In this document: positions 21,011 to 32,056 of the stretch, piece by piece
Position numbering within the stretch: the stretch's first letter is position 1
How the letters are laid out: each line of letters opens with the position of its first letter
Source of the DNA: an uncultured delta proteobacterium
GTDB taxonomy: Bacteria > Desulfobacterota > Desulfomonilia > UBA1062
NCBI GenBank assembly: GCA_963785235.1
Contig: CAWAUM010000005.1
Coordinates: forward strand, 224,001 to 288,000
Direction: 5' to 3'
DNA length: 64,000 nucleotides
Made by a program: the position numbers and the translations under genes
The notes under the pieces: model-generated
The model's database searches: none
What the model was told of the DNA's origin: nothing
The model's input: the letters and a program-made list of their open reading frames with translations, nothing else

Positions 21011-22702
21011 ATGATTATGAAGAAGTTCGTGCCGAAATGGACTGAAGTCGCCCCACCCAAAGGTTCTTACCGATCCGTATTCAAATATGGTGACCCGCAC
21101 ACCTTCAAGCATCCAAGTGCAAAATGGTATGAGATGATAAAAGAAGAGTTCTCCATGACTGATAAGGACTTCCAAACCAAAAAAGATCAGGGTTTGGGAA
21201 GTGTCGTCCTGAACAGGCCTACTGCCCTGGACCTGCATCATAGGGAACGGCTGGAGGCCATTGTGGGTAAGGAGAATGTGACATGTGACGATTACAGCAG
21301 GGTGAAATATGCGCTGGGAAAGACTACCGAGGAGATGATGGAACTCAGAAAGGGCATAATCAGCAAGGTGGCTGACCTTGTAGTGCACCCCCGTACTAAA
21401 GAAGATGTGCAGCATATCGTTGCCTATTGCAATGAGAACAGGGTACCTGTCTATGCCTTCGGGGCCGGCAGTTCAGTGAACTTTGGTGTGAGGCCGGAAA
21501 AGGGCGGTATATCGCTCGTCATGAGCACGCACATGAACAAGGTTCTCGAGGTCAATGAAGCCAATCAGACCGCCCGGGTGCAACCCGGTTTATACGGACC
21601 TGCCTATGAAGATGCCCTTCACAGTGCGCCGGAACTCTTCCATACGAATCAAAGGTACACCTGCGGCCACTTCCCCCAGTCTTTTGAGTATTCAACCGTG
21701 GGCGGCTGGATCGTAACTTTGGGCTCAGGACAGGCATCATCCTACTATGGGGATGCCTGTGACCTGGTCATCAGCCAGGAGTATGTAACACCCGTGGGCA
21801 CGATCAAGACACGTGATTTTCCGGCATCCGCAACAGGACCCAAGGTAAACGACATCATGAAGGGAAGCGAGGGGACATATGGGATACTCGTGGAAGCCAC
21901 CATGAAGATTTACCGCTTTATGCCCGGGAATACCAGGCGTTTCAGCTTCATGTTTCCTACCTGGGAGGCGGCTGTCAATGCCAGCAGGGAGATCTGCCAG
22001 GGTGAATTCGGCATGCCTGCCATCTTCCGCATATCCGATCCTGAGGAGACAGAACGGGGCCTCAAACTCTACGGAATGCCCGGATTTGTGGATGCCTTTC
22101 TCAAAGGCAAGGGGTATAAGCCCAGAGAGCGCTGCCTCTGCCTTGGGAGTGCTGAAGGAGAGTCTGCTTTTACCAGGAATATCGAACGGCAGGCTAAGAG
22201 GATCTGCAAAGAGTTCGGGGCGATCTCTCTGACCGGTTATGCTGCGAAAAAATGGGAACATACACGCTTTAAAGAGCCCTATATGAGGGAAGACCTCATG
22301 GATTTCGGTGTCGTCATCGATACCCTGGAATGTTCCGTAACCTGGGATAACCTGCATGCCGTGCACCAGGGCGTAAGGGAGTACATCAAGTCACGTCCTG
22401 AGACTATGTGCATGACCCATGCATCTCACTTTTACCCGCAGGGCACGAACCTCTACTTTATCTTTCTGGCAAAGATGGATGACATCGATGAGTTCAGGAC
22501 ATTTCAAAGGGGCATTATAGATCAGATTAACACATGCGGAGGCTCTTTGAGTCATCACCACGGTATCGGCCGCATGATCGCCCCCTGGATCGGGTCATAT
22601 CTCGGAGCAGAGCAGATGGCGGTATTAAAGGCGCTCAAGAGGCATTTTGACCCGAACAACATCATGAATCCCGGGGGCCAGCTGGGGCTGGACCTGGAAT
22701 GA
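21011..22702 (+). CDS. Alkyl-dihydroxyacetonephosphate synthase-like FAD oxidoreductase
   Basis: GHFPQSFEYSTVGGW, GSGQAS.YYG, GSEG, SHHHGIG and DPNNIMNPG motifs. Confidence 0.8.
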   Translation: MIMKKFVPKWTEVAPPKGSYRSVFKYGDPHTFKHPSAKWYEMIKEEFSMTDKDFQTKKDQGLGSVVLNRPTALDLHHRERLEAIVGKENVTCDDYSRVKYALGKTTEEMMELRKGIISKVADLVVHPRTKEDVQHIVAYCNENRVPVYAFGAGSSVNFGVRPEKGGISLVMSTHMNKVLEVNEANQTARVQPGLYGPAYEDALHSAPELFHTNQRYTCGHFPQSFEYSTVGGWIVTLGSGQASSYYGDACDLVISQEYVTPVGTIKTRDFPASATGPKVNDIMKGSEGTYGILVEATMKIYRFMPGNTRRFSFMFPTWEAAVNASREICQGEFGMPAIFRISDPEETERGLKLYGMPGFVDAFLKGKGYKPRERCLCLGSAEGESAFTRNIERQAKRICKEFGAISLTGYAAKKWEHTRFKEPYMREDLMDFGVVIDTLECSVTWDNLHAVHQGVREYIKSRPETMCMTHASHFYPQGTNLYFIFLAKMDDIDEFRTFQRGIIDQINTCGGSLSHHHGIGRMIAPWIGSYLGAEQMAVLKALKRHFDPNNIMNPGGQLGLDLE

Positions 22703-22719
22703 GTGTGAACATGACCCTT

Positions 22720-25545
22720 TTAAAATGTATACCCGATTGAGAAATGGAATTTGCCCGGGCTCTCGCCTTCATTGCGATTGAGCTTATAGCCATAGAGCAA
22801 TCCTATGGGGCCGATGGGGGTGATATATCTGAGTCCGATACCCACAGAAGACCTGAAGTTATCAGATCCTTCATTCACCAGCACCCTCCTGACCGAACCC
22901 GTGTCATAGAAGATGGCTGTCTCCCAATCATGTGATAATTCAAAACGTGCCTCCATGCTGCCCACAAGCGACAAACGGCCGCCTATAGGATTCCTGCTGG
23001 TATCATATCTGAGCATGTTCTCGTCATATCCTCTCACATCCATAGTCCCACCCAGATAGAAAAGCTGGTCCTCCGGGAGCTGTCCTTTTTTTCCATAGGT
23101 GTAGAGGTAGCCTAAACGACCAAGCCATGCCAGGGTGAGCCTATGTGATGGGCTGAAGTAGTAACGAAGATTCAGATAATGCTTTAAGAAATTATCAAGG
23201 GAATTCTGATAGCCCTTGGATATATCCACTGCATAGGAGGAATAAAATCCTTTTTGTGGCCTTACAAAGGAATCCCTGGCGTCATACGAGATAAATGGTG
23301 TGGTTATCAGGGAACCACGGGGCTTGTAGGAATCTTCATCTCCTAGAGGAATTGTAACTGATTTATCCTTGAGAAACTGATCTCTCCATTCATACCTGAA
23401 ACCAAGCGATGTTGTTGTGTGTGGTTTGTATACCCGCAAAAAGTTACACGACGAAGTCCAGACCGAGGTCCCGAAGATCTGGTTAAACTGGGCCTTCTTC
23501 TCAAAGGAAAGAATATTGGTATTGGTAATGGGTGTATCAAAGATCCTGTGCTGGGTTATTCCTAGCCCGCCTTGATAGCCGATTTGGCTCAACTCGCCGC
23601 CGATCCATGCGTCCTTGTTCAAACCGAAGAGGTTGCGGTCACCGACACGCGTGTTTCCATACAGCCCACGGTCAGAAGCATAGCCTGTAGCGGCCTGAAT
23701 ATAGTAAGGCTTGATCTCCTCCATATCAATAAGGAGTGTGATGCGGTCTCGTTCTTCATTGATTCCAAAGGTCTTAAATTGCACTGAATCAAAGGCCTCC
23801 ATATTCCGGATATTTTTTTGACCTTCAAGCATGGTTTTCAGGGAGAACGGCTGTCCCGGCTCGATACCCAGCTCCCTTGTGACGACACGCGTCCTTGTCT
23901 TGAAGTTGCCCCGGTAATAGATGTTTCCCATTGATGTACGCTGACCTTCATCAACATAGTACGTAATGGCAGCCTCGGTATTCTCTTTCGACATGACAAC
24001 TTCCGTTTTCACTTTCACATATGGGTAGCCATTTTCCGAGATAAGTCCTGAAAGGGCTGTCTCATCAGACTTTAATACATCATTTACGAAGGACTTGCCT
24101 TTTCTGAGTTGCAGGACTTCAAGGGCTTCGTTTTCGGGAATTGCCTTAAGGCCGATTATTTTAACAGACGAGACAATGGTCCTTATTCCCTCAGTGATCG
24201 TAACAAGGATTGAAATACCCGTTTTATCTTTATTCCAGATCAGTTCATGAGATACGGATACTTCATTGTATCCACGGCCCAGGTATAATGCGCGAATAGC
24301 AGCCAGATCCTCTTCCAGGATATCCGGATTAAATATATTCTTACTAAAAAACGGTGCCTTACCGGTCTGAAGTCCCTTTTTCAGTTCTTCTTCGCTGAAG
24401 TAACTGTTGCCGGAAAAACGTAGGGATTCTACAAGAGTCCTGGGGCCTTCCTTGATAAAAAGATTGAGTTTTCGTTCTTTTTCATCTTTTATGGTGACCT
24501 TTTCCTCAAGGATTTCAATTTCAGTGAAAAGGAAACCATCTTTTCGATATCGTTCTTTAATCACCTTAATACCGTTCTTGATGCCTCTGTCTCTCCTATT
24601 ACCCTTTATGAAGATCGGTATGTCACTCCTGAGTGTATATGACCAGAACCAATTGTTTCCGGAGAATGATAGTTCATAGAGAGGCCCTTCCGCAATTGTT
24701 ACCCCAGCCTTCACCTCTCCTGTTGCCTCATTTTTGCTCACCGATTCATGTATCTCACATTCAGGATATCCGCGCTGCCAGTAGAGTGCTAAGAGATCTT
24801 TTATATCCTGGGTGAATTCCGCATCTCTGAAACGGCCTGATTCCCTGATAAAAAACGATGTTCGCCAAGAGTTCATACGGGACTTGATCTCGGCATCGAA
24901 TATTGCATGATTCCCGCTTATCTCCAGGGAGTCGAGATAATAATATGGGCCTGGTTTAATGCCCACATCGAGGATTACCCACCCGCCTTCCGGGTCTTTT
25001 TCTGCTGTCACGGAAATATGGGGTTTTCTGTAGCCTTCTTTTTTATACAGTTCACCAATAAGTTTCTCCATTACCTTCGGCGTATCAGGCAGCAGTGCAT
25101 CACCGGGATATACATTTACGGATTTTAAGACATCGTTATTAAACAGAGGGTACTCGCCGTGAATCCGAATATCCTTGATCTCCCTGTAGGGAGTAAGAAG
25201 GAAGATGACCTTGATGCCTTCTTCTGCCTGTTCGATTTCAGGGATAACCGCTTCGAATCTTTTAGAGAGGATGAGGGCATCGAGTGACTGCTGAAACTTT
25301 TTTTCAGAAAACGGTTCTCCCTCACGCAGATTTATAAGATCTCGTGCCAGGTTTTCTATTGTTTTGGTGCACCATGGGCATTCTTTGATCTCAATATGGA
25401 TATTCTTAACAAACATGCCATCAAAAGCGGCATATTCAATGGGCATCTGCATGCCCGGAGTCGAACTTTCCTGGCCCTGGCAGGGCATAGTCAAGAGCAC
25501 CATGAAGAACAGAAATGCTGTGAGGATGTTTGTTTCAGGGCGCAT
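22720..25545 (-). CDS. Omp85 family (BamA/TamA) outer membrane protein with multiple POTRA domains
   Basis: POTRA repeats, VRGYDE motif, C-terminal FSIGYTF beta-signal; adjacent to tamB. Confidence 0.9.
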   Translation of the reverse strand: MRPETNILTAFLFFMVLLTMPCQGQESSTPGMQMPIEYAAFDGMFVKNIHIEIKECPWCTKTIENLARDLINLREGEPFSEKKFQQSLDALILSKRFEAVIPEIEQAEEGIKVIFLLTPYREIKDIRIHGEYPLFNNDVLKSVNVYPGDALLPDTPKVMEKLIGELYKKEGYRKPHISVTAEKDPEGGWVILDVGIKPGPYYYLDSLEISGNHAIFDAEIKSRMNSWRTSFFIRESGRFRDAEFTQDIKDLLALYWQRGYPECEIHESVSKNEATGEVKAGVTIAEGPLYELSFSGNNWFWSYTLRSDIPIFIKGNRRDRGIKNGIKVIKERYRKDGFLFTEIEILEEKVTIKDEKERKLNLFIKEGPRTLVESLRFSGNSYFSEEELKKGLQTGKAPFFSKNIFNPDILEEDLAAIRALYLGRGYNEVSVSHELIWNKDKTGISILVTITEGIRTIVSSVKIIGLKAIPENEALEVLQLRKGKSFVNDVLKSDETALSGLISENGYPYVKVKTEVVMSKENTEAAITYYVDEGQRTSMGNIYYRGNFKTRTRVVTRELGIEPGQPFSLKTMLEGQKNIRNMEAFDSVQFKTFGINEERDRITLLIDMEEIKPYYIQAATGYASDRGLYGNTRVGDRNLFGLNKDAWIGGELSQIGYQGGLGITQHRIFDTPITNTNILSFEKKAQFNQIFGTSVWTSSCNFLRVYKPHTTTSLGFRYEWRDQFLKDKSVTIPLGDEDSYKPRGSLITTPFISYDARDSFVRPQKGFYSSYAVDISKGYQNSLDNFLKHYLNLRYYFSPSHRLTLAWLGRLGYLYTYGKKGQLPEDQLFYLGGTMDVRGYDENMLRYDTSRNPIGGRLSLVGSMEARFELSHDWETAIFYDTGSVRRVLVNEGSDNFRSSVGIGLRYITPIGPIGLLYGYKLNRNEGESPGKFHFSIGYTF

Positions 25546-25549
25546 AGAT

Positions 25550-28500
25550 TCAGCGGAACTCGTATTTAAGCTGGATATCTGATCCAAAGATTCCATCACT
25601 GCCCTGATAGCCGTTAATAATGAGATTCTCAAGGATCTTATATTCAGCTATGCCCCTTTGAATGGTCTGTGTATTTCTGGTTTCCACCTGGTATTCTAAA
25701 ATCAGCCTCCTTGACAATTCTTTGCCCAGGGTCAGTTTAAGGTTTTCACCCGCATCGGAAGTAGAGAATTCTGATGCCTTCAGATTAAGGATGTCAAGGG
25801 TCGTGGCCTTTTTGATCTGACCGCCATAATTGGAGGCGAGTATCTCGGCTGCCATGGCTGTTGGAGAAACCGTTAACCCGGTCTGACTCTGTGTGAGTTC
25901 ACGCGATGTCTTCCCGATGATGAGAAGGGAAAGGATATCCGCCGGCTCTTCTGTCGGGGTCGAGTTCAGTGTGAACTGAAGATTGTCAAAACCTCCTTCG
26001 ATGGTGAGTTCTATTGTCCAGTCTCTGACCTTGGTTTCGCCTTTGATATCAACAGTCGGTTCGGTCTTGTGGGGGTTCAGGAAATCGACGACCCCCCGGG
26101 AAACCGTGAACTCATTATTCTGAAAAGTCACGGTCCCCTCAATAACTGCTAATCTCCCGGTAAGCACCGGTTTGATAAAGGTGCCGTTTATCTTGAGGTC
26201 AGGGTTGAGATAAAGTTCGGAGATATTATTTTCAACCTTTAGCTCCCCCCTGCGTTTAATGGTAATATCAAGATCCATGTTTTTCAGGTAGGGCCAGCGT
26301 TTCGCCATGAGTTGCTCCTGAGCCTGCCTTTGCTTCGGGAGGATTCGTTCGATTACCCCTGTCAGAAGGTTCACCTTCACATCCTTGTAATAAATTCCGT
26401 CGATGATGACTACATCCGACCTGATCAATGAGCGTGATCCGGAGGACACAAGTGAGGCCTCTGCATCGATTGTGAGGTCCATCATATCAGGGATGGATAT
26501 GGGCATTGCCGTTAACCTGGTCTTCAGATCGAATGTGCTTGGTGTAAACCCTTTACGAGTTATAGTACCCCCAAAAGTGAAATAGCCTGTATCTATCCTT
26601 CCAGTCAGGTCTTCGATGAAGATATCGTCATCGAGGATCCTGATCTTTCCATTCATGGTGTGCAGGCGCTGTGAGTTTATGGGTATGGTATAAGCGATAT
26701 CCTCAAGGGTGAGCAGCCCTGAAACTACTGGTTTATTGTCATGGGAGGTGATCTTTGAAGACACATGGATAAGGCCCGAGCTGTCTGAAAGGTCTTCATC
26801 AAATATTCCAAAGACTTCAGCAGGGATTATCCCTTGGGCATCGAGGGTCAATGGCGTTCTGTTATCTCCGGAGCCCTTAATGTCTAACCAGCCTTTGTCC
26901 CCCAAGGTGAATCTTGTTTGCGGTATTGAGAGGAGACCATGTTTGTATGATCCGTTGATATTGCGGCCCATAATAAGCATTTTATTGCTGTGGAGGATAT
27001 CCACAGAGGAGATGTCGGCGATGAGATCAATATCTTTAAGTGTTTTTGAATTTCCCAGGGCATCTATCCTTCCGGTAAGCCTTCCCGAGAGGGTGGGTCT
27101 GTCGCTCATAACGAAATAGGGGCTGAGTTCGGTTTCGGCAAAAAGTACTGTTGTGGAAAAATCCCCTGAGGATAGGTCGTGCATTGCCTTCAGAGAGAAG
27201 TTCCAGTTACCCTGCATGTTCAATTTATTATCCTGGAGTTCAAATGAGAAGGTCAGATCATCCAACGGGTTATCATTGAATTTAATATTTGCAGCAGCAA
27301 TCCTTCCAGTCAGGGTCGGGTTGCTTAAATTCCCATCGCCTGCTGCATTCAGAAAGACTTTTCCCTTGAACGACTCGTGACTTAACATAAAGTCGAGGTT
27401 CTCCAGGCTTAACCCCTGGGTACCGAGCGAAAAGGAATAGTTCCCATCTGTAGAGATCCACCCGGTGGCGTTCAAATTCTCTTCCCCTGAAAGGGTCAGT
27501 ATTGCAGGGTCTATCCAGAATCTTCCGCCATCTGCCTGAATCTTCATATCCAGTTTCGAGAAACGCTGGAAGCCCAGGTCCAGGTCTTTTGCCGTTATCG
27601 CCATATCGCCGATGGGATGAAGCATGGACCCTTCCATCATGGCATTTATGGAGAATGTTCCCTTTGCTTTGTCATAGAAGTCTTCAATCTGCAGGTTTTC
27701 TCCCTGGGCCTTGAGGTGAATATCCGGGTCCGCATTCAGGTGTTTCTGTGCCGGGTCGAACAGGGATATGTCCCCGGTAATGAGCATTGTCGAGTTCTTA
27801 TTGGTAAAATTAAGGCTTGATATATTAAGCAGTCCTTGTGAAAGGGAAGCCGTAAGTACGGCATCTCCAAGTGGTATACCTGCTGCCAGGAGTTCACTAC
27901 CATCAAGCTGAATGTTGGCTGAAATATTGCTTATAGGGCCTTTGGCGCTCACATGGCCGTTTAAAGATCCTGAAAGCGGGAGCTTTTTAAAGAAATCCGA
28001 CGGATTTACTGTTCGCAGGTCCGATTCAATAATCATATCCGGGTTGGAAACAAAGGTGGGGAATCGACTGAAGACCTGGATGCTTCCCTTAGTTTGGATA
28101 GCTGAGGTACGGTTGGCTATTGCGCAGGAACCTACATTAAACCTTCCGTTCTGATCCAGCAGCGCCTTCAGATCAATGACGCCAAGGGTGATTCCATTGA
28201 CAGTTGTCCCTTCAGCATGTGCAGTGATGTCGGCAAGAGGCTTCTCCAAAGTCCCGGAGATGCGTGACGATGCATTCAGTGCGCCGGTTGCATCAATACC
28301 TGTTCCTTTCAGCAAATCTCCAATCTGTGATGCCCCCAGTTCGATGGTTCCATCCAATGTGCGGGTGGCAAGGTTTATACTCCCTTCAGATGCGGCTGAT
28401 ATGCTCCGAACCCGGGCAGTCAGGCTGCTGATATCGAATAAATCCTTCCTGTAGGATACCCTGCCTGCCAGGGCGAGCTCATCATCTTTCATGAACGAGC

Positions 28501-29746
28501 CTGCTGAGACACCTTGGCCAAGTGCAGTAAATTGTGCATCAAGCTGTACAGAATCCGAAGAGACCCCGGAGCCCTTCAGGCCAATTTTTGGACTCAGCTT
28601 CCCCTTTAATCCCTTGGGCATGCCCGGAAGATCCGAGATTAAAAGGCTTGTGCCGATAATAGAGAGGTCATAGGTGATGGCATCTTCTTCCTTGATCCCT
28701 TCAAAATAGCCTGCAGGATAGGCCTTTCTCAAATCCGCGATACCGGTCAAATCTATGAGACCGGATGCATATGATGCATGGAGGGTCTTGATAGTGGCCA
28801 CCCTGTCGGTTATGGTGCAATCAAGGTGGGCCTTGCTGATCTTCAATCCCCAGAGATCTCCCCCGGCATACCCAAGGGAAGCAGTAAATGCAGGGTTGTC
28901 ATAGTCATTAGTAGCCGTTATACGGCCGGTGATCCTGCCGGTGTTGTCAGGGCCGAGCCCAAGGGCATCCCTTATGTCTGTCATGTCGGTATCCAGGTCA
29001 AGATTACACAGAAGCTGGGCCTTCTTGGACATCTCGGTTACAGAACCCGTCAGTTTGGCTGTTGAAGAACCTTTCTTGGATTCAACACGGATATCCCTGA
29101 TGCGGTCATTGAAGATGGTGCAAGATGCCTTGCCGGCCCCAAGGTCAATCTTTCCCTCGGCATCAAAGAGAGATATGACTGCCTTTGGTACGGACAGGTG
29201 CAAGATAGAGTCTTTTTCAAAGGTGCAATCCATGAGAAGATCGAAGTTCTCGAGTTTTACAATGGGTTTGGCGTTTTTCCCGATGAATGCGAAAGTCCCT
29301 CCCTCGCATGTGAGCGACTTGATATACACGTTGAACGGGCTTTCGCCGGGTGTCTTTTCCACAAAGGCACTCTCGATATTGAGCCAGTTGTCCTTATCAA
29401 GCTCTAAGACGAGCTCTGGCTTTTTTGCATCTATGATTTCAAATATGAGCTCATACCGCAGGAGTGCGGGAAGGTTCATCTTGAGATACACATTTTTCGC
29501 CTTGAGGACCTGCTTTCCGTCAGGTCCGCGCAGTATGGCATTTTCAAGAGCAACCTCCTGGGTAAGCAGGCTGATCTCAATGTTTGTGCCGGAAATTTTC
29601 CCCGGATAGAGGGTGTTTATTGCGCTCAACAGGAAGTTCTTTCCCCGGTCTGAAAAGAGGTACAGGTGTGCTGCACCAATAAGGCATACCAGAAGCGTTA
29701 CTACAATACATGCAGCAATAAGAAGGGTTTTCAGTGCCCTATTCAT
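25550..29746 (-). CDS. tamB: Translocation and assembly module TamB
   Basis: N-terminal TM anchor, long beta-taco body, DUF490-like C-terminus ending YEFR. Confidence 0.85.
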   Translation of the reverse strand: MNRALKTLLIAACIVVTLLVCLIGAAHLYLFSDRGKNFLLSAINTLYPGKISGTNIEISLLTQEVALENAILRGPDGKQVLKAKNVYLKMNLPALLRYELIFEIIDAKKPELVLELDKDNWLNIESAFVEKTPGESPFNVYIKSLTCEGGTFAFIGKNAKPIVKLENFDLLMDCTFEKDSILHLSVPKAVISLFDAEGKIDLGAGKASCTIFNDRIRDIRVESKKGSSTAKLTGSVTEMSKKAQLLCNLDLDTDMTDIRDALGLGPDNTGRITGRITATNDYDNPAFTASLGYAGGDLWGLKISKAHLDCTITDRVATIKTLHASYASGLIDLTGIADLRKAYPAGYFEGIKEEDAITYDLSIIGTSLLISDLPGMPKGLKGKLSPKIGLKGSGVSSDSVQLDAQFTALGQGVSAGSFMKDDELALAGRVSYRKDLFDISSLTARVRSISAASEGSINLATRTLDGTIELGASQIGDLLKGTGIDATGALNASSRISGTLEKPLADITAHAEGTTVNGITLGVIDLKALLDQNGRFNVGSCAIANRTSAIQTKGSIQVFSRFPTFVSNPDMIIESDLRTVNPSDFFKKLPLSGSLNGHVSAKGPISNISANIQLDGSELLAAGIPLGDAVLTASLSQGLLNISSLNFTNKNSTMLITGDISLFDPAQKHLNADPDIHLKAQGENLQIEDFYDKAKGTFSINAMMEGSMLHPIGDMAITAKDLDLGFQRFSKLDMKIQADGGRFWIDPAILTLSGEENLNATGWISTDGNYSFSLGTQGLSLENLDFMLSHESFKGKVFLNAAGDGNLSNPTLTGRIAAANIKFNDNPLDDLTFSFELQDNKLNMQGNWNFSLKAMHDLSSGDFSTTVLFAETELSPYFVMSDRPTLSGRLTGRIDALGNSKTLKDIDLIADISSVDILHSNKMLIMGRNINGSYKHGLLSIPQTRFTLGDKGWLDIKGSGDNRTPLTLDAQGIIPAEVFGIFDEDLSDSSGLIHVSSKITSHDNKPVVSGLLTLEDIAYTIPINSQRLHTMNGKIRILDDDIFIEDLTGRIDTGYFTFGGTITRKGFTPSTFDLKTRLTAMPISIPDMMDLTIDAEASLVSSGSRSLIRSDVVIIDGIYYKDVKVNLLTGVIERILPKQRQAQEQLMAKRWPYLKNMDLDITIKRRGELKVENNISELYLNPDLKINGTFIKPVLTGRLAVIEGTVTFQNNEFTVSRGVVDFLNPHKTEPTVDIKGETKVRDWTIELTIEGGFDNLQFTLNSTPTEEPADILSLLIIGKTSRELTQSQTGLTVSPTAMAAEILASNYGGQIKKATTLDILNLKASEFSTSDAGENLKLTLGKELSRRLILEYQVETRNTQTIQRGIAEYKILENLIINGYQGSDGIFGSDIQLKYEFR

Positions 29747-29959
29747 ATACGTCTACCTATCCCGTTTGCCAGGACACCGTACCAGGCTTCTAAATGGTTG
29801 ATCTCAAGCGCCATGACTACCCTCTATCAGAAAATTCACAAGGTTACATACAATTTTTCTTACATACAGAGTTCAAGGCTACGATGGATCAATAGTATGT
29901 AACAACTGGATACAATTCATAGGGATGGCCCTGAACATCAGCGTGAAGAATGTCGTTTC

Positions 29960-30008
29960 CATAAAATTAGCAATCCACAAAGGCTGTAAGATTGAGCTTT
30001 TGAACGGA
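29960..30008. repeat. Half copy of the ~85-bp hairpin family
   Basis: ATAAAATTAGCAAT..AAAGGCTGTAAGATTGAGCTTTTGAACGGA matches the right halves of 35115-35200 and 41547-41630. Confidence 0.6.
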
Positions 30009-30149
30009 TCATGTTTTACTCATCTGAAACGCAGAATTCGTATAAAAAATAGAATTATTATTCCGCTAAAGAGAAACTTGTTTCCTCTATCTTCTTTAAT
30101 TTACCCGCCTTTGACCTACCAATTGGTTGAAATTAGAGTATATACCAAA

Positions 30150-30165
30150 TGGCATTCTCTTTGCT
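30150..30165 (+). promoter_or_regulatory. Sigma-54 (-24/-12) promoter candidate
   Basis: TGGCATTCTCTTTGCT with exact GG-N10-GC spacing, about 70 bp before the 5'-nucleotidase. Confidence 0.6.
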
Positions 30166-30234
30166 TGACCAGTTATGGTTTACTTTCTGCAGATGAACAA
30201 ACAATTGTAAATTTAAATACGAGGAGGATCACCG

Positions 30235-32025
30235 ATGAAGCCATTAAGAGTATGTTTATGGATTGGGATTTCTTTGATCGTCTTGATGAGCAGTGCATGT
30301 ATCTTTGGAAATGTTACTGTCACCCTCCTGCAGACCTCTGATGTCCACAACCATGCCACTGGGTATGGACCATCTCTCGATTACACACCCTTGGAAACCA
30401 CGGATAAAGACACGGTCCTCGGGGGATATTCGAGGTTGGCGGCCATCATAAACAAGATACGCAAGGAGCAGGCTTCAAAAAAGATACCGGTGCTGCTCTT
30501 CGATTCCGGTGATTTCTTCATGGGAACCGTGTACGACCTCACAGCAAGCGATCCCATCGCGCTCAAGTTTTTCAGCATGATGGGATATAATGCAGTCACC
30601 CTGGGAAATCATGAGTTCGACTGGTCACCCTCCGGATTGGCGTTGCTCCTGTCCAACGGGGTAAAGGGAGGGTTCGAGGTTCCGGTCGTAGCGAGCAACA
30701 TGATAGTCCCTGAAGGCAACGTTCTGCAGGGCCTTGTGAACGCAGGCACTATCGTAAACAAGAAGGTCATCGAGTTCCCGTACGGGGGAAAGGTCGGGAT
30801 ATTAGGCCTCATGGGCAAAGATTCGGACACAAAGGCTCCGGTGGCAAAACCGGTGACCTTCAACCATGATTATACCGCGATCCAGCAGCAGGTGAACGAC
30901 CTGAGGACCAAAGACTGCGCCCAGATGGTAATCGTCCTGTCCCACGGCGGGGTAGAGCAGGACGGTACCGGAGAAGATGCCGACCTGGCAGCCAACGTCA
31001 AAGGCATTGACGTAATCTGCTCAGGGCATTTCCATACGGCAACTCAAAACGCCTTAATCAAGGGTCCATCCAATACGATCATCTTCTCACCCGGCGAATA
31101 CGGGGAACATGTCAGCAGGCTGGACGTCACCTACAATATCTTCCTTCGCAAGGTCGTGGATTACAAATTCACCCTCATCCCGGTAGACGACAAGGTAAAG
31201 GGTGACGCTACCGTTCAGGCCATGGTGGATCAGTACAACGCAGGGATAAATGCACAGCTGAATGCAGTTAATCTGCCTTCACTGGAAGATCCAATCTCCA
31301 GCACCACCTTTGCCCTGGAAAAGGCCTCGTTAAAGGTGACCGGCATCGGGAGCCTCGCTGCAGATTCGCTGCGTGCCGTTGCCAACAATCTGAAAGTGTT
31401 GAACGACGGGAATCCCTATCAAATAGGGATAGTCGCGAGCGGTGTCATCAGGGACGACATCTACCCCGGGAATACGGGGGCAATAACCTTCTCGGATATC
31501 TATAACATGCTTCCACTGGGCATCTCTCCCAACGACCAATCCGTGCCCGGTTATCCGCTCATGTCGGTCTATGCAACAGGGAAAGACATATATACCCTCT
31601 GCGAAGTCGGGCTCTCTCTCTCCCAGATGATAGGTTCGGATTACTATCTGAATTTTTCTGGGCTCAAGATTGATTATGATCCGTTGCAGGCGATGACCTT
31701 CTCCGGGGTGCAGGAGGTCTATGTATATAATCCTGCAGATACCTTCTGCATGGGGCCGTCAACCCTTATCGATCCGTATGATCCCGATACGTTATACCAT
31801 ATCGTGGTAGACCTCTACGCGCTGCAGATGCTGTATGTGGTAAACAATTACGGGTTTAACATCACCCCGGTCAATGTCTCATACATTGACAGAGATCCCG
31901 CTTCCGGGGTGCAGGAAATCAAGGAATGGATGGCTCCACTTAATTTCCTCCCTGCATTGGGGGTGGGGGGCGTTCCGGCTGGTGTTTACGGTCCGAACGG
32001 CATTGTCATGGGTCGGGTTTACTAG
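30235..32025 (+). CDS. Bifunctional metallophosphatase/5'-nucleotidase (lipoprotein)
   Basis: DVH, DSGD, GNHEFD, SHGG and GHFH motifs; C-domain GVIRDD; lipobox SSAC. Confidence 0.9.
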   Translation: MKPLRVCLWIGISLIVLMSSACIFGNVTVTLLQTSDVHNHATGYGPSLDYTPLETTDKDTVLGGYSRLAAIINKIRKEQASKKIPVLLFDSGDFFMGTVYDLTASDPIALKFFSMMGYNAVTLGNHEFDWSPSGLALLLSNGVKGGFEVPVVASNMIVPEGNVLQGLVNAGTIVNKKVIEFPYGGKVGILGLMGKDSDTKAPVAKPVTFNHDYTAIQQQVNDLRTKDCAQMVIVLSHGGVEQDGTGEDADLAANVKGIDVICSGHFHTATQNALIKGPSNTIIFSPGEYGEHVSRLDVTYNIFLRKVVDYKFTLIPVDDKVKGDATVQAMVDQYNAGINAQLNAVNLPSLEDPISSTTFALEKASLKVTGIGSLAADSLRAVANNLKVLNDGNPYQIGIVASGVIRDDIYPGNTGAITFSDIYNMLPLGISPNDQSVPGYPLMSVYATGKDIYTLCEVGLSLSQMIGSDYYLNFSGLKIDYDPLQAMTFSGVQEVYVYNPADTFCMGPSTLIDPYDPDTLYHIVVDLYALQMLYVVNNYGFNITPVNVSYIDRDPASGVQEIKEWMAPLNFLPALGVGGVPAGVYGPNGIVMGRVY

Positions 32026-32056
32026 AGCTTAGAACCCTTCAGAAACGCGAGAAAGG

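Noticed and set aside
29925-30341. 138-aa ORF
   Set aside because: Overlaps a repeat remnant, a promoter and the nucleotidase start; no recognisable motifs.
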